NCBI GenBank assembly: GCA_051313645.2
Contig: JBNRSN020000089.1
Span: forward strand, 3,100,001 to 3,164,000
DNA: 64,000 nucleotides
Source of the DNA: Centroscyllium fabricii
Lineage: Eukaryota
Direction of reading: 5' to 3'
Both the position numbers and the translations under genes were made by a program. The notes under the pieces were generated by a model. That model was not told where the DNA came from and made no database searches. It saw nothing but the letters and a program-made list of their open reading frames with translations. Below, piece by piece: positions 13,501 to 26,900 of the stretch. Each line of letters opens with the position of its first letter. Within the stretch, counting starts at the first letter, position 1.

Positions 13501-14791
13501 TGTCCCTAACTTTTCCCTTGCTGTCTGGAGACTAGAATGTCCCAACCCTTCTTTTTGTCTGGAGGCTGGGATGTTCCTAGCGCATACCTTGCTGTCCAGA
13601 GACCGGGATGTTCCTAACCCTTCCCTTGCTGTCTGGAGACTGGGATGTCCCTACCTCTTCCCTTGCTGTCTGGAGACTGGGAAGTTCCTAACTCTTCCCT
13701 TTCTGTCTCTAGACTGGGACGTTCCTACCCCATCACTTGCTGTCCCGAGACTGGGATGTCCCTACCCCAACCCTTGCTGTCTGTAGAATGGGATGTTCCT
13801 ATCCCATCCCTTGCTGTCTCTAGACTGGGATGCCCCTACCCCTTCACTTACTCTCCGGAGACTGGGATGTTCCTACCCCATCACTTGCTGTCCGGAGACT
13901 GGGATGTTCCAACCTCTACTTTTGCTGTCTGGAGACTGGGATGTTCCTATCTCTTCCCTTGCTGTCTAGAGACTGGGATGTCCCTACCCCATCACTTGCT
14001 GTCTCTAGACTGCGATGTTCCTAATCCCTTCCCTTGCTGTCTGGAGAATGGGATGTTCCTACCCCATCACTTGCAGTCTGGAGACTGGGATGTCCCTTCC
14101 CCATCCCTTGCTGTCCAGAGACTGGGATGTTCCTAACCCTTCGCTTGCTGTCTGGAGACTGGGATGACCCTAGCTCCTCCCTTGCTGTCTGGAGACTGGG
14201 ATGTACCTACCCCATCCCTTGCGGTCCAGAGACTGGAATGTTCCTACCTATTCCCTTGCTGTCTGTAGATTTGGATGTTCCTACCCCTTCCATTGCTGTC
14301 TGGAGACTGGGATGTCCCTAACCCATCCCTTGCTGTCTCTAGACTGGGATGTTCCTACCCCTTCCCTTGCTGTCTGGAGACTGGCATGTTCCTACCTCTT
14401 CCCTTGCTCTCTGGAGACTGGTATGTTCCTAACCCATCCCTTGCTCTCTGGAGATGGGATGTCCCTACCCCTTCCATTGCTGTCCAGAGACTGGCATGTT
14501 CCTACCTCTTCCCTTGCTGTCTGGAGACTGAGATGTTCCTACCCCATCCCTTGCTGTCTCTAGACTGGGAAGTCCCTACCTTTTCCCTTGCTGTCCGGAG
14601 ACTGGGATGTCAATACCCCATCCCTTGCTGTCTCTAGACTGGGATGTTACTACCTCTTCCCTTGCTGTCTGGAGACTGGAATGTCCCTACCCTTCCCTTT
14701 CTGTCTGGGGACTGGGATGTTCCTACCCCACCCTTGCTGTTAAGAGACTGGGATTTTCCTACCCCTTCCCTTGCTATCTGGAGACTGGGAG

Positions 14792-17700
14792 ATCCCTACC
14801 TCTTCCCTTGCTGTCTGGATCTGGGATGTTCCTACCTCTAAAATTGCTCTCTCTAGACTGGGATTTTCCTACCCCTTCCCTTGCTGTCTGGAGACTGGGA
14901 TGTCCCTACCCCATCCCTTGCTGTATCTAGACTGGGATGTTCCTAACCCTTCCCTTGCTGTCTGGAGACTGGGATATTCCTACCCCATCCCTTGCTGTCC
15001 AGAGACTGGGATGTTACTACCCCTTCCCTTGCTGTCTCTAGACAGAGATGTTCCTACCCCTTCCCTTGCGGTCTGGAGACTTGGATGTCCCTACCCCATC
15101 CCTTGCTGTCCAGAGACTGGGATGTTCCTAACCCATCCCTTGCTGTTCGGAGACTGGGATGTCTCTATCCCATCCCTTGCTGTCTATAGACTGAAATGTT
15201 CCTAACCCGTCCCTTGCTGTCTGGAGACTGGAATGTCCCTACCCCATCCTTTCCCGTCTGGAGACTGGGATGTTCCTTCCCCATCCCTTGCTGTCTGGTT
15301 ACTGGGATGTCCCTACCCCTTCCCTTGCTGTCCAGAGTCTGGAATGTTCCTACCTCTTCCCTTGCTGTCTGGAGACAGGGATGTTCCTAACCCATCCCTT
15401 GCAGTCCGGAGACTGGGATGTCCCTAACCCTTCCATTGCTGTCTGGAGACTGGGATGTTCCTACCGCATCTCTTGCTGTCTCTAGGCTGGGATGTTCCTG
15501 CCCCTTCCCTTGCTGTCTGGAGACTGGGATGTCCCTACCTCTTCCCTTGTTGTCTCTAGACTGGGATGTCCCTACCCCATCCCTTGCTGTCTCCAGTCTG
15601 GGATGTTCCTATTCCTTCATTTGCTGTCTCTAGACTGGGATGTTCCTACCCCTTCCATTGCTGTATCTAGACTGGGATGACCCTACCCATCCCTTGCTGT
15701 CTCTAGTCTGGGATGTTCCCACACCTTCCCTTGCTGTCTGGTGACTGGGATGTTCCTATCCCATCTCTTGCTGTCTCTAGACTGGGAAGTCCCTACCTCT
15801 TCCCTTGCTGTCTGGAGACTGGAATGTCCCTACCCTTCCCTTTCTGTCTGTGGACTGGGATGTTCCTACCCCATCGCTTGCTGTCCAGAGACTGGGATGT
15901 TCCTACCCATTCCCTTGCTCTCTGGCGACTGGGATGTCCCACCTCATCCCTTGCTGTCTGGTACTGGGATGTTCCTACCCCATCTCTTGCTGTCTCTAGA
16001 CTGGGATGTCCCTACCCCTTCCATTGCTGTCCGGAGACTGGGATGTTCTTACCTCATCTCTTGCTGTCCAGTGACTGGGATGTTCCTACCTCTACCCTTG
16101 CTGTCTGGAGACTGGGATGTTCCTACCCCATCCCTTGCTTTCTGGAGACTGGGATGTCCCTACCCCATCACTTGCTGCCTGGAGACTGGAATGTTGCTAC
16201 CCAATCCCTTGCTGTCCGGCGACTGGGAAGTCCCTACCACTTCACTTGCTGTCTCTAGACTAGTATGTTACTACCCCATCCCTTGCTGTCTGGAGACTGG
16301 GATGTTCCAACACCATCCCTTGCTGTCTCTAGACTGTGTAGTCCCTACACCATCCCTTGCTGTCCGGAGACTGGGATGTCCCTACCCCTTCCCTTGCTGT
16401 CTGGAGACTGGGATGTTCCTAACCCATCCCTTGCTGTCTGGAGACTGGAATGTCCCTACCCCTTCCCTTGCTGTCCAGAGACTGGCATGTTCCTACCTCT
16501 TCCCTTGCTGTCTGGAGACTGGGATGTACATATCCAATCACTTGCTGTCTCTAGACTGGGAAGTCCCTACATTTTCCCTTGCTGTCCGGAGACTGGGATG
16601 TCCCTACCCCATCCCTTGCTGTCTCTAGACTGGGATGTCACTAACTCATCCCTTGCTGTCTGGAGACTGGAAGGTCCCCACCCTTCCCTTTCTGTCTGGG
16701 GACTGGGATGTTCCTACCCCATCCTTGCTGTTAAGAGACTGGGATGTTCCTACCCTTCCCTTGCTGTCTGGAGACTGGGAAATCCCTACCTCTTCCCTTG
16801 CTGTCTGGATCTGGGATGTTCCTACCTCTAAAATTGCTCTCTCTAGACTGGGATTTTCCTACCCCTTCCCTTGCTGTCTGGAGACTGGGATGTCCCTACC
16901 CCATCCCTTGCTGTATCTAGACTGGGATGTTCCTAACCCTTCCCTTGCTGTCTGGAGACTGGGATATTCCTACCCCATCCCTTGCTGTCCAGAGACTGGG
17001 ATGTTACTACCCCTTCCCTTGCTGTCTCTAGACAGAGATGTTCCTACCCCTTCCCTTGCGGTCTGGAGACTTGGATTACCCTACCCCATCCCTTGCTGTC
17101 CAGAGACTGGGATGTTCCTAACCCATCCCTTGCTGTCCGGAGACTGGGATGTCTCTATCCCATCCCTTGCTGTCTATAGACTGAAATGTTCCTAACCCGT
17201 CCCTTGCTGTCTGGAGACTGGAATGTCCCTACCCCATCCTTTCCCGTCTGGAGACTGGGATGTTCCTTCCCCATCCCTTGCTGTCTGGTTACTGGGATGT
17301 CCCTACCCCTTCCCTTGCTGTCCAGAGTCTGGAATGTTCCTACCTCTTCCCTTGCTGTCTGGAGACAGGGATGTTCCTAACCCATCCCTTGCAGTCCGGA
17401 GACTGGGATGTCCCTAACCCTTCCATTGCTGTCTGGAGACTGGGATGTTCCTACCGCATCTCTTGCTGTCTCTAGGCTGGGATGTTCCTGCCCCTTCCCT
17501 TGCTGTCTGGAGACTGGGATGTCCCTACCTCTTCCCTTGTTGTCTCTAGACTGGGATGTCCCTACCCCATCCCTTGCTGTCTCCAGTCTGGGATGTTCCT
17601 ATTCCTTCATTTGCTGTCTCTAGACTGGGATGTTCCTACCCCTTCCATTGCTGTATCTAGACTGGGATGACCCTACCCATCCCTTGCTGTCTCTAGTCTG

Positions 17701-18797
17701 GGATGTTCCCACACCTTCCCTTGCTGTCTGGTGACTGGGATGTTCCTATCCCATCTCTTGCTGTCTCTAGACTGGGAAGTCCCTACCTCTTCCCTTGCTG
17801 TCTGGAGACTGGAATGTCCCTACCCTTCCCTTTCTGTCTGTGGACTGGGATGTTCCTACCCCATCGCTTGCTGTCCAGAGACTGGGATGTTCCTACCCAT
17901 TCCCTTGCTCTCTGGCGACTGGGATGTCCCACCTCATCCCTTGCTGTCTGGTACTGGGATGTTCCTACCCCATCTCTTGCTGTCTCTAGACTGGGATGTC
18001 CCTACCCCTTCCATTGCTGTCCGGAGACTGGGATGTTCTTACCTCATCTCTTGCTGTCCAGTGACTGGGATGTTCCTACCTCTACCCTTGCTGTCTGGAG
18101 ACTGGGATGTTCCTACCCCATCCCTTGCTTTCTGGAGACTGGGATGTCCCTACCCCATCACTTGCTGCCTGGAGACTGGAATGTTGCTACCCAATCCCTT
18201 GCTGTCCGGCGACTGGGAAGTCCCTACCACTTCACTTGCTGTCTCTAGACTAGTATGTTACTACCCCATCCCTTGCTGTCTGGAGACTGGGATGTTCCTA
18301 CACCATCCCTTGCTGTCTCTAGACTGTGTAGTCCCTACACCATCCCTTGCTGTCCGGAGACTGGGATGTCCCTACCCCTTCCCTTGCTGTCTGGAGACTG
18401 GGATGTTCCTAACCCATCCCTTGCTGTCTGGAGACTGGAATGTCCCTACCCCTTCCCTTGCTGTCCAGAGACTGGCATGTTCCTACCTCTTCCCTTGCTG
18501 TCTGGAGACTGGGACGTACATATCCAATCACTTGCTGTCTCTAGACTGGGAAGTCCCTACATTTTCCCTTGCTGTCCGGAGACTGGGATGTCCCTACCCC
18601 ATCCCTTGCTGTCTCTAGACTGGGATGTCACTAACTCATCCCTTGCTGTCTGGAGACTGGAAGGTCCCCACCCTTCCCTTTCTGTCTGGGGACTGGGATG
18701 TTCCTACCCCATCCTTGCTGTTAAGAGACTGGGATGTTCCTACCCTTCCCTTGCTGTCTGGAGACTGGGAAATCCCTACCTCTTCCCTTGCTGTCTG
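14792..18797 (+). repeat. Tandem 1990-bp unit x2 (A1 14792-16781, A2 16782-18771), 54 monomers of which 8 are 36 bp
   Basis: TAAAATTG at 14839/16829; ORFs 15196/17186, 15713/17703, 15741/17731. 54x37-8=1990 matches the eight 1-bp-deleted monomers I counted in the unit. Confidence 0.93.
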
Positions 18798-19619
18798 TTA
18801 CTGGGATGTTCCTACCTCTTCCCTTGCTCTCTCTAGATTGGGATGTTCCTACCCCATCCCTTGCTGTCCGGAGACTTGGATGTCCCTACCCCATCCCTTG
18901 CTGGCTGGAGACTGGGAAGTGCCAACCCCATCCCTTGCTGTCTCTAGACTGGGATGTCCCTACCCCTTCCCTTGCTGTCCGGAGACTGGGATTTTCCTAA
19001 CTCATCTCTTGCTGTCCAGAGAAGGGGATGTTCCTACCTCTACCCTTGCTGTCTGGAGACTGGGGTGTTCCTACCACATCCCTTGCTGTCTGGAGACTGG
19101 GATGTCCCTACCCCATCCCTTGCTGTCTGGAGACTGGAATGTTCCTACCCCATCTCTTGCTGTCCGGCGACTGAGATGTCCCTACTCCTTCACTTGCTGT
19201 CTCTAGACTAGGATGTTCCTACCCCATCCCTTGCTGTCTGGAGACTGGGATGTCCCTAACCCATCCCTTGCTGTCTCTAGACTGGGATGTTGCTACCCCT
19301 TCCCTTGCTGTCTGGAGACTGGCATGTTCCTACCTCTTCCCTTGCTGTCTGGAGACTGAGATGTTCCTACCCCATCCCTTGCTGTCTCTAGACTGGGAAG
19401 TCCCTACCTTTTCCCTTGCTGTCCGGAGACTGGGATGTCAATACCCCATCCCTTGCTGTCTCTAGACTGGGATGTTACTACCTCTTCCCTTGCTGTCTGG
19501 AGACTGGAATGTCCCTACCCTTCCCTTTCTGTCTGGGGACTGGGATGTTCCTACCCCACCCTTGCTGTTAAGAGACTGGGATTTTCCTACCCCTTCCCTT
19601 GCTATCTGGAGACTGGGAG

Positions 19620-22600
19620 ATCCCTACCTCTTCCCTTGCTGTCTGGATCTGGGATGTTCCTACCTCTAAAATTGCTCTCTCTAGACTGGGATTTTCCTAC
19701 CCCTTCCCTTGCTGTCTGGAGACTGGGATGTCCCTACCCCATCCCTTGCTGTATCTAGACTGGGATGTTCCTAACCTTTCCCTTGCTGTCTGGAGACTGG
19801 GATATTCCTACCCCATCCCTTGCTGTCCAGAGACTGGGATGTTACTACCCCTTCCCTTGCTGTCTCTAGACAGAGATGTTCCTACCCCTTCCCTTGCGGT
19901 CTGGAGACTTGGATGTCCCTACCCCATCCCTTGCTGTCCAGAGACTGGGATGTTCCTAACCCATCCCTTGCTGTCCGGAGACTGGGATGTCTCTATCCCA
20001 TCCCTTGCTGTCTATAGACTGAAATGTTCCTAACCCGTCCCTTGCTGTCTGGAGACTGGAATGTCCCTACCCCATCCTTTCCCGTCTGGAGACTGGGATG
20101 TTCCTTCCCCATCCCTTGCTGTCTGGTTACTGGGATGTCCCTACCCCTTCCCTTGCTGTCCAGAGTCTGGAATGTTCCTACCTCTTCCCTTGCTGTCTGG
20201 AGACAGGGATGTTCCTAACCCATCCCTTGCAGTCCGGAGACTGGGATGTCCCTAACCCTTCCATTGCTGTCTGGAGACTGGGATGTTCCTACCGCATCTC
20301 TTGCTGTCTCTAGGCTGGGATGTTCCTGCCCCTTCCCTTGCTGTCTGGAGACTGGGATGTCCCTACCTCTTCCCTTGTTGTCTCTAGACTGGGATGTCCC
20401 TACCCCATCCCTTGCTGTCTCCAGTCTGGGATGTTCCTATTCCTTCATTTGCTGTCTCTAGACTGGGATGTTCCTACCCCTTCCATTGCTGTATCTAGAC
20501 TGGGATGACCCTACCCATCCCTTGCTGTCTCTAGTCTGGGATGTTCCCACACCTTCCCTTGCTGTCTGGTGACTGGGATGTTCCTATCCCATCTCTTGCT
20601 GTCTCTAGACTGGGAAGTCCCTACCTCTTCCCTTGCTGTCTGGAGACTGGAATGTCCCTACCCTTCCCTTTCTGTCTGTGGACTGGGATGTTCCTACCCC
20701 ATCGCTTGCTGTCCAGAGACTGGGATGTTCCTACCCATTCCCTTGCTCTCTGGCGACTGGGATGTCCCACCTCATCCCTTGCTGTCTGGTACTGGGATGT
20801 TCCTACCCCATCTCTTGCTGTCTCTAGACTGGGATGTCCCTACCCCTTCCATTGCTGTCCGGAGACTGGGATGTTCTTACCTCATCTCTTGCTGTCCAGT
20901 GACTGGGATGTTCCTACCTCTACCCTTGCTGTCTGGAGACTGGGATGTTCCTACCCCATCCCTTGCTTTCTGGAGACTGGGATGTCCCTACCCCATCACT
21001 TGCTGCCTGGAGACTGGAATGTTGCTACCCAATCCCTTGCTGTCCGGCGACTGGGAAGTCCCTACCACTTCACTTGCTGTCTCTAGACTAGTATGTTACT
21101 ACCCCATCCCTTGCTGTCTGGAGACTGGGATGTTCCTACACCATCCCTTGCTGTCTCTAGACTGTGTAGTCCCTACACCATCCCTTGCTGTCCGGAGACT
21201 GGGATGTCCCTACCCCTTCCCTTGCTGTCTGGAGACTGGGATGTTCCTAACCCATCCCTTGCTGTCTGGAGACTGGAATGTCCCTACCCCTTCCCTTGCT
21301 GTCCAGAGACTGGCATGTTCCTACCTCTTCCCTTGCTGTCTGGAGACTGGGATGTACATATCCAATCACTTGCTGTCTCTAGACTGGGAAGTCCCTACAT
21401 TTTCCCTTGCTGTCCGGAGACTGGGATGTCCCTACCCCATCCCTTGCTGTCTCTAGACTGGGATGTCACTAACTCATCCCTTGCTGTCTGGAGACTGGAA
21501 GGTCCCCACCCTTCCCTTTCTGTCTGGGGACTGGGATGTTCCTACCCCATCCTTGCTGTTAAGAGACTGGGATGTTCCTACCCTTCCCTTGCTGTCTGGA
21601 GACTGGGAAATCCCTACCTCTTCCCTTGCTGTCTGGATCTGGGATGTTCCTACCTCTAAAATTGCTCTCTCTAGACTGGGATTTTCCTACCCCTTCCCTT
21701 GCTGTCTGGAGTCTGGGATGTCCCTACCCCATCCCTTGCTGTATCTAGACTGGGATGTTCCTAACCCTTCCCTTGCTGTCTGGAGACTGGGATATTCCTA
21801 CCCCATCCCTTGCTGTCCAGAGACTGGGATGTTACTACCCCTTCCCTTGCTGTCTCTAGACAGAGATGTTCCTACCCCTTCCCTTGCGGTCTGGAGACTT
21901 GGATGTCCCTACCCCATCCCTTGCTGTCCAGAGACTGGGATGTTCCTAACCCATCCCTTGCTGTCCGGAGACTGGGATGTCTCTATCCCATCCCTTGCTG
22001 TCTATAGACTGAAATGTTCCTAACCCGTCCCTTGCTGTCTGGAGACTGGAATGTCCCTACCCCATCCTTTCCCGTCTGGAGACTGGGATGTTCCTTCCCC
22101 ATCCCTTGCTGTCTGGTTACTGGGATGTCCCTACCCCTTCCCTTGCTGTCCAGAGTCTGGAATGTTCCTACCTCTTCCCTTGCTGTCTGGAGACAGGGAT
22201 GTTCCTAACCCATCCCTTGCAGTCCGGAGACTGGGATGTCCCTAACCCTTCCATTGCTGTCTGGAGACTGGGATGTTCCTACCGCATCTCTTGCTGTCTC
22301 TAGGCTGGGATGTTCCTGCCCCTTCCCTTGCTGTCTGGAGACTGGGATGTCCCTACCTCTTCCCTTGTTGTCTCTAGACTGGGATGTCCCTACCCCATCC
22401 CTTGCTGTCTCCAGTCTGGGATGTTCCTATTCCTTCATTTGCTGTCTCTAGACTGGGATGTTCCTACCCCTTCCATTGCTGTATCTAGACTGGGATGACC
22501 CTACCCATCCCTTGCTGTCTCTAGTCTGGGATGTTCCCACACCTTCCCTTGCTGTCTGGTGACTGGGATGTTCCTATCCCATCTCTTGCTGTCTCTAGAC

Positions 22601-23625
22601 TGGGAAGTCCCTACCTCTTCCCTTGCTGTCTGGAGACTGGAATGTCCCTACCCTTCCCTTTCTGTCTGTGGACTGGGATGTTCCTACCCCATCGCTTGCT
22701 GTCCAGAGACTGGGATGTTCCTACCCATTCCCTTGCTCTCTGGCGACTGGGATGTCCCACCTCATCCCTTGCTGTCTGGTACTGGGATGTTCCTACCCCA
22801 TCTCTTGCTGTCTCTAGACTGGGATGTCCCTACCCCTTCCATTGCTGTCCGGAGACTGGGATGTTCTTACCTCATCTCTTGCTGTCCAGTGACTGGGATG
22901 TTCCTACCTCTACCCTTGCTGTCTGGAGACTGGGATGTTCCTACCCCATCCCTTGCTTTCTGGAGACTGGGATGTCCCTACCCCATCACTTGCTGCCTGG
23001 AGACTGGAATGTTGCTACCCAATCCCTTGCTGTCCGGCGACTGGGAAGTCCCTACCACTTCACTTGCTGTCTCTAGACTAGTATGTTACTACCCCAACCC
23101 TTGCTGTCTGGAGACTGGGATGTTCCTACACCATCCCTTGCTGTCTCTAGACTGTGTAGTCCCTACACCATCCCTTGCTGTCCGGAGACTGGGATGTCCC
23201 TACCCCTTCCCTTGCTGTCTGGAGACTGGGATGTTCCTAACCCATCCCTTGCTGTCTGGAGACTGGAATGTCCCTACCCCTTCCCTTGCTGTCCAGAGAC
23301 TGGCATGTTCCTACCTCTTCCCTTGCTGTCTGGAGACTGGGACGTACATATCCAATCACTTGCTGTCTCTAGACTGGGAAGTCCCTACATTTTCCCTTGC
23401 TGTCCGGAGACTGGGATGTCCCTACCCCATCCCTTGCTGTCTCTAGACTGGTATGTCACTAACTCATCCCTTGCTGTCTGGAGACTGGAAGGTCCCCACC
23501 CTTCCCTTTCTGTCTGGGGACTGGGATGTTCCTACCCCATCCTTGCTGTTAAGAGACTGGGATGTTCCTACCCTTCCCTTGCTGTCTGGAGACTGGGAAA
23601 TCCCTACCTCTTCCCTTGCTGTCTG
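19620..23625 (+). repeat. Second pair of 1990-bp units (A3 19620-21609, A4 21610-23599)
   Basis: TAAAATTG at 19667/21657; ORFs 20024/22014, 20541/22531, 20569/22559. Confidence 0.92.
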
Positions 23626-23989
23626 TTACTGGGATGTTCCTACCTCTTCCCTTGCTCTCTCTAGATTGGGATGTTCCTACCCCATCCCTTGCTGTCCGGA
23701 GACTTGGATGTCCCTACCCCATCCCTTGCTGGCTGGAGACTGGGAAGTGCCAACCCCATCCCTTGCTGCCTCTAGACTGGGATGTCCCTACCCCTTCCCT
23801 TGCTGTCCGGAGACTGGGATTTTCCTAACTCATCTCTTGATGTCCAGAGAAGGGGATGTTCCTACCTCTACCCTTGCTGTCTGGAGACTGGGGTGTTCCT
23901 ACCACATCCCTTGCTGTCTGGAGACTGGGATGTCCCTACCCCATCCCTTGCTGTCTGGAGACTGGAATGTTCCTACCCCATCACTTGCT

Positions 23990-26900
23990 GTCCGGCGACT
24001 GAGATGTCCCTACTCCTTCACTTGCTGTCTCTAGACTAGGATGTTCCTACCCCATCCCTTGCTGTCTGGAGACTGGGATGTCCCTAACCCATCCCTTGCT
24101 GTCTCTAGACTGGGATGTTGCTACCCCTTCCCTTGCTGTCTGGAGACTGGCATGTTCCTAACTCTTCCCTTGCTGTCTGGAGACTGGGATGTTCCTAACC
24201 CATCCCTTGCTGTCTGGAGACTGGGATGTCCCTACCCCTTCCCTTGCTGTCCAGAGACTGGCATGTTCCTACCTCTTCCCTTGCTGTCCGGAGACTGGGA
24301 TGTGCATACCCCATCTCTTGCTGTCTCTAGACTGGGTCGTCCCTACATTTTCCCTTGCTGTCCGGAGACTGGGATGTCCCTACCCCATCCCTTGCTGTCT
24401 CTAGACTTGGATGTCACTACCTCTTCCCTTGCTGTCTGGAGACAGGAATGTCCCTACCCTTCCCTTTCTGTCTGGGGACTGGGATGTTCCTACCCCACCC
24501 TTGCTGTTAAGAGACTGGGATGTTCCTACCACTTCCCTTGCTGTCTGGAGACTTTGAGATCCCTACCTCTTCCCTTGCTGTCTGGAACTGGGATGTTCCT
24601 ACCTCTAAAATTGCTCTCTCTAGACTGGGATGTTCCTACCCCTTCCCTTGCTGTCTGGAGACTGGGATGTCCCTACCCCATCCCTTGCTGTCTCTGGACT
24701 GGGATGTTCCTACCCCTTCTCTTGCTGTCTGGAGACTGGGATATTCCTACCCCATCCCTTGCTGTCCAGAGACTGGGATGTTACTACCCCTTCCATTGCT
24801 GTCTCTAGACTGAGATGTTCCTACCCCTTCCCTTGCTGTCTGGAGACTTGGATGTCCCTACCCCATCCCTTGCTGTCCAGAGACTGGGATGTTCCTAACC
24901 CATCCCTTGCTGTCCGGAGACTGGGATGTCTCTATCCCATCCCTTGCTGTCTATAGACTGGAATGTTCCTACCCCTTCCCTTGCTGTCTGGAGACTGGGA
25001 TGTCCCTACCCCATCATTTCCCGTCTGGAGGCTGGGATGTTCCTACCCCATCCCTTGCTGTCTGGTTACTGGGATGTCCCTACCCCTTCCCTTGCTGTCC
25101 AGAGTCTGGAATGTTCCTACCTCTTCCCTTGCTGTCTGGAGACAGTTATGTTCCTAACCTATCCCTTGCAGTCCGGAGACTGGGATGTCCCTAACCCTTC
25201 CCTTGCTGTCCGGAGACTGTGATGTTCCTATCGCATCTCTTGCTGTCTCTAGACTGGGATGTTCCTGCCCCTTCCCTTGCTGTCTGGAGACTGGGATGTC
25301 CCTACCTCTTCCCTTGCTGTCTCTAGACTGGGATGTCCCTACCCCATCCCTTGCTGTCTCCAGACTGGGATGTTCCTACCCCTTCCCTTGCTGTCTCTAG
25401 TCTGGGATGTTCCTACCCTTTCCATTGCTGTCTCTAGACTGGGATGTTCCCACCCCTTCCCTTGCTGTCTGGTGACTGGGATGTTCCTATCCCATCTCTT
25501 GCTGTCTCTAGACTGGGAAGACCCTACTTCTTCCCTTGCTGTCCGGAGACTGGGATGTCGCTACCCCATCCCTTGCTGTCTCTAGACTGGGATGTCACTA
25601 CCTCTTCCCTTGCTGTCTGGAGACTGGAATGTCCCTACCCTTCCCTTTCTGTCTGTGGACTGGGATGTTCCTACCCCATCCCTTGCTGTCTAGATACTGG
25701 GATGTTCCTACCCCTTCCCTTGATCTCTGGCGACTGGGATGTCCCACCACTTCCCTTGCTGTCTGGTACAGTGATGTTCCTACCTCTTCCCTTGCTCTCT
25801 CTAGACTGGGATGTTCCTACCCCATCCATTGCTGTCCGGAGACTTGGATGTCCCTACCCCATCCCATGCTGTCTGGAGACTGGGTAGTTCCTACCCCATC
25901 CCTTGCTGTCTCTAGACTGGGATGTCCCTACCCCTTCCCTTGCTGTCCGGAGACTGGGATGTTCTTACCTCATCTCTTGCTGTCCAGTGACTGGGATGTT
26001 CCTACCCCTACCCTTGCTGTCTGGAGACTGGGATGTTCCTACTCCATCCCTTGCTGTCTGGAGACTGGGATGTTCCTACCCCATCCCTTGCTGTCTGGAG
26101 ACTGGGATGCCCCTACCCCATCACTTGCTGTCGGAGACTGGAATGTTCCTACCCAATCCCTTGCTGTCCGGCGACTGGGAAGTCCCTACCACTTCACTTG
26201 CTGCATCTAGACTAGTATGTTCCTACCCCATCCCTTGCTGTCTGGAGACTGGGATGTTCCTACACCATCCCTTGCTGTCTCTAGACTGTGTTGTCCCTAC
26301 ACCATCCCTTGCTGTCCGGAGACTGGGATGTCCCTACCCCTTCCCTTGCTGTCTGGAGACTGGGATGTTCCTAACCCATCCCTTGCTGTCTGGAGACTGG
26401 AATGTCCCTACCCCTTCCTTTGCTGTCCAGAGACTGGCATGTTCCTACCTCTTCCCTTGCTGTCTGGAGACTGGGATGTTCCTACGCCATCCCTTGCTGT
26501 CGCTAGTCTGGGAAGTCCCTACCTTTTCCCTTGCTGTCCGGAGACTGGGATGTCCCTACCCCATCCCTTGCTGTCTCTAGACTGGGATGTCACTACCTCT
26601 ACCCTTACTGTCTGGAGACTGGAATGTCCCTACCCTTCCCTTTCTGTCTGGGGACTGGGATGTTCCTACCCCACACTTGCTGTTAAGAGACTGGGGTGTT
26701 CCTACCCCTTCCCTTGCTGTCTGGAGACTGGGTGGTCCCTACCTCTTCCCTTGCTGTCTGGTACTGGGATGTTCCTACCTCTTCCCTTGCACTCTCTAGA
26801 CTGGGATGTTCCTACCTCATCCCTTGCTGTCCGGAGACTTGTATGTCCCTACCCCATCCCTTGTTGGCTGGAGACTGGGAAGTTCCAACCCCATCCCTTG

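Larger units (their letters stand above)
14488..24160 (+). repeat. Near-identical tandem duplication of a 4828-bp higher-order unit (14488-19315 / 19316-24143)
   Basis: TAAAATTG marker at 14839/19667 and 16829/21657; TCCGGCGACTGAG at 19163/23991. ORFs 14607/19435, 15196/20024, 17186/22014 and 18625/23453 are identical or nearly so, all offset 4828. Confidence 0.93.
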
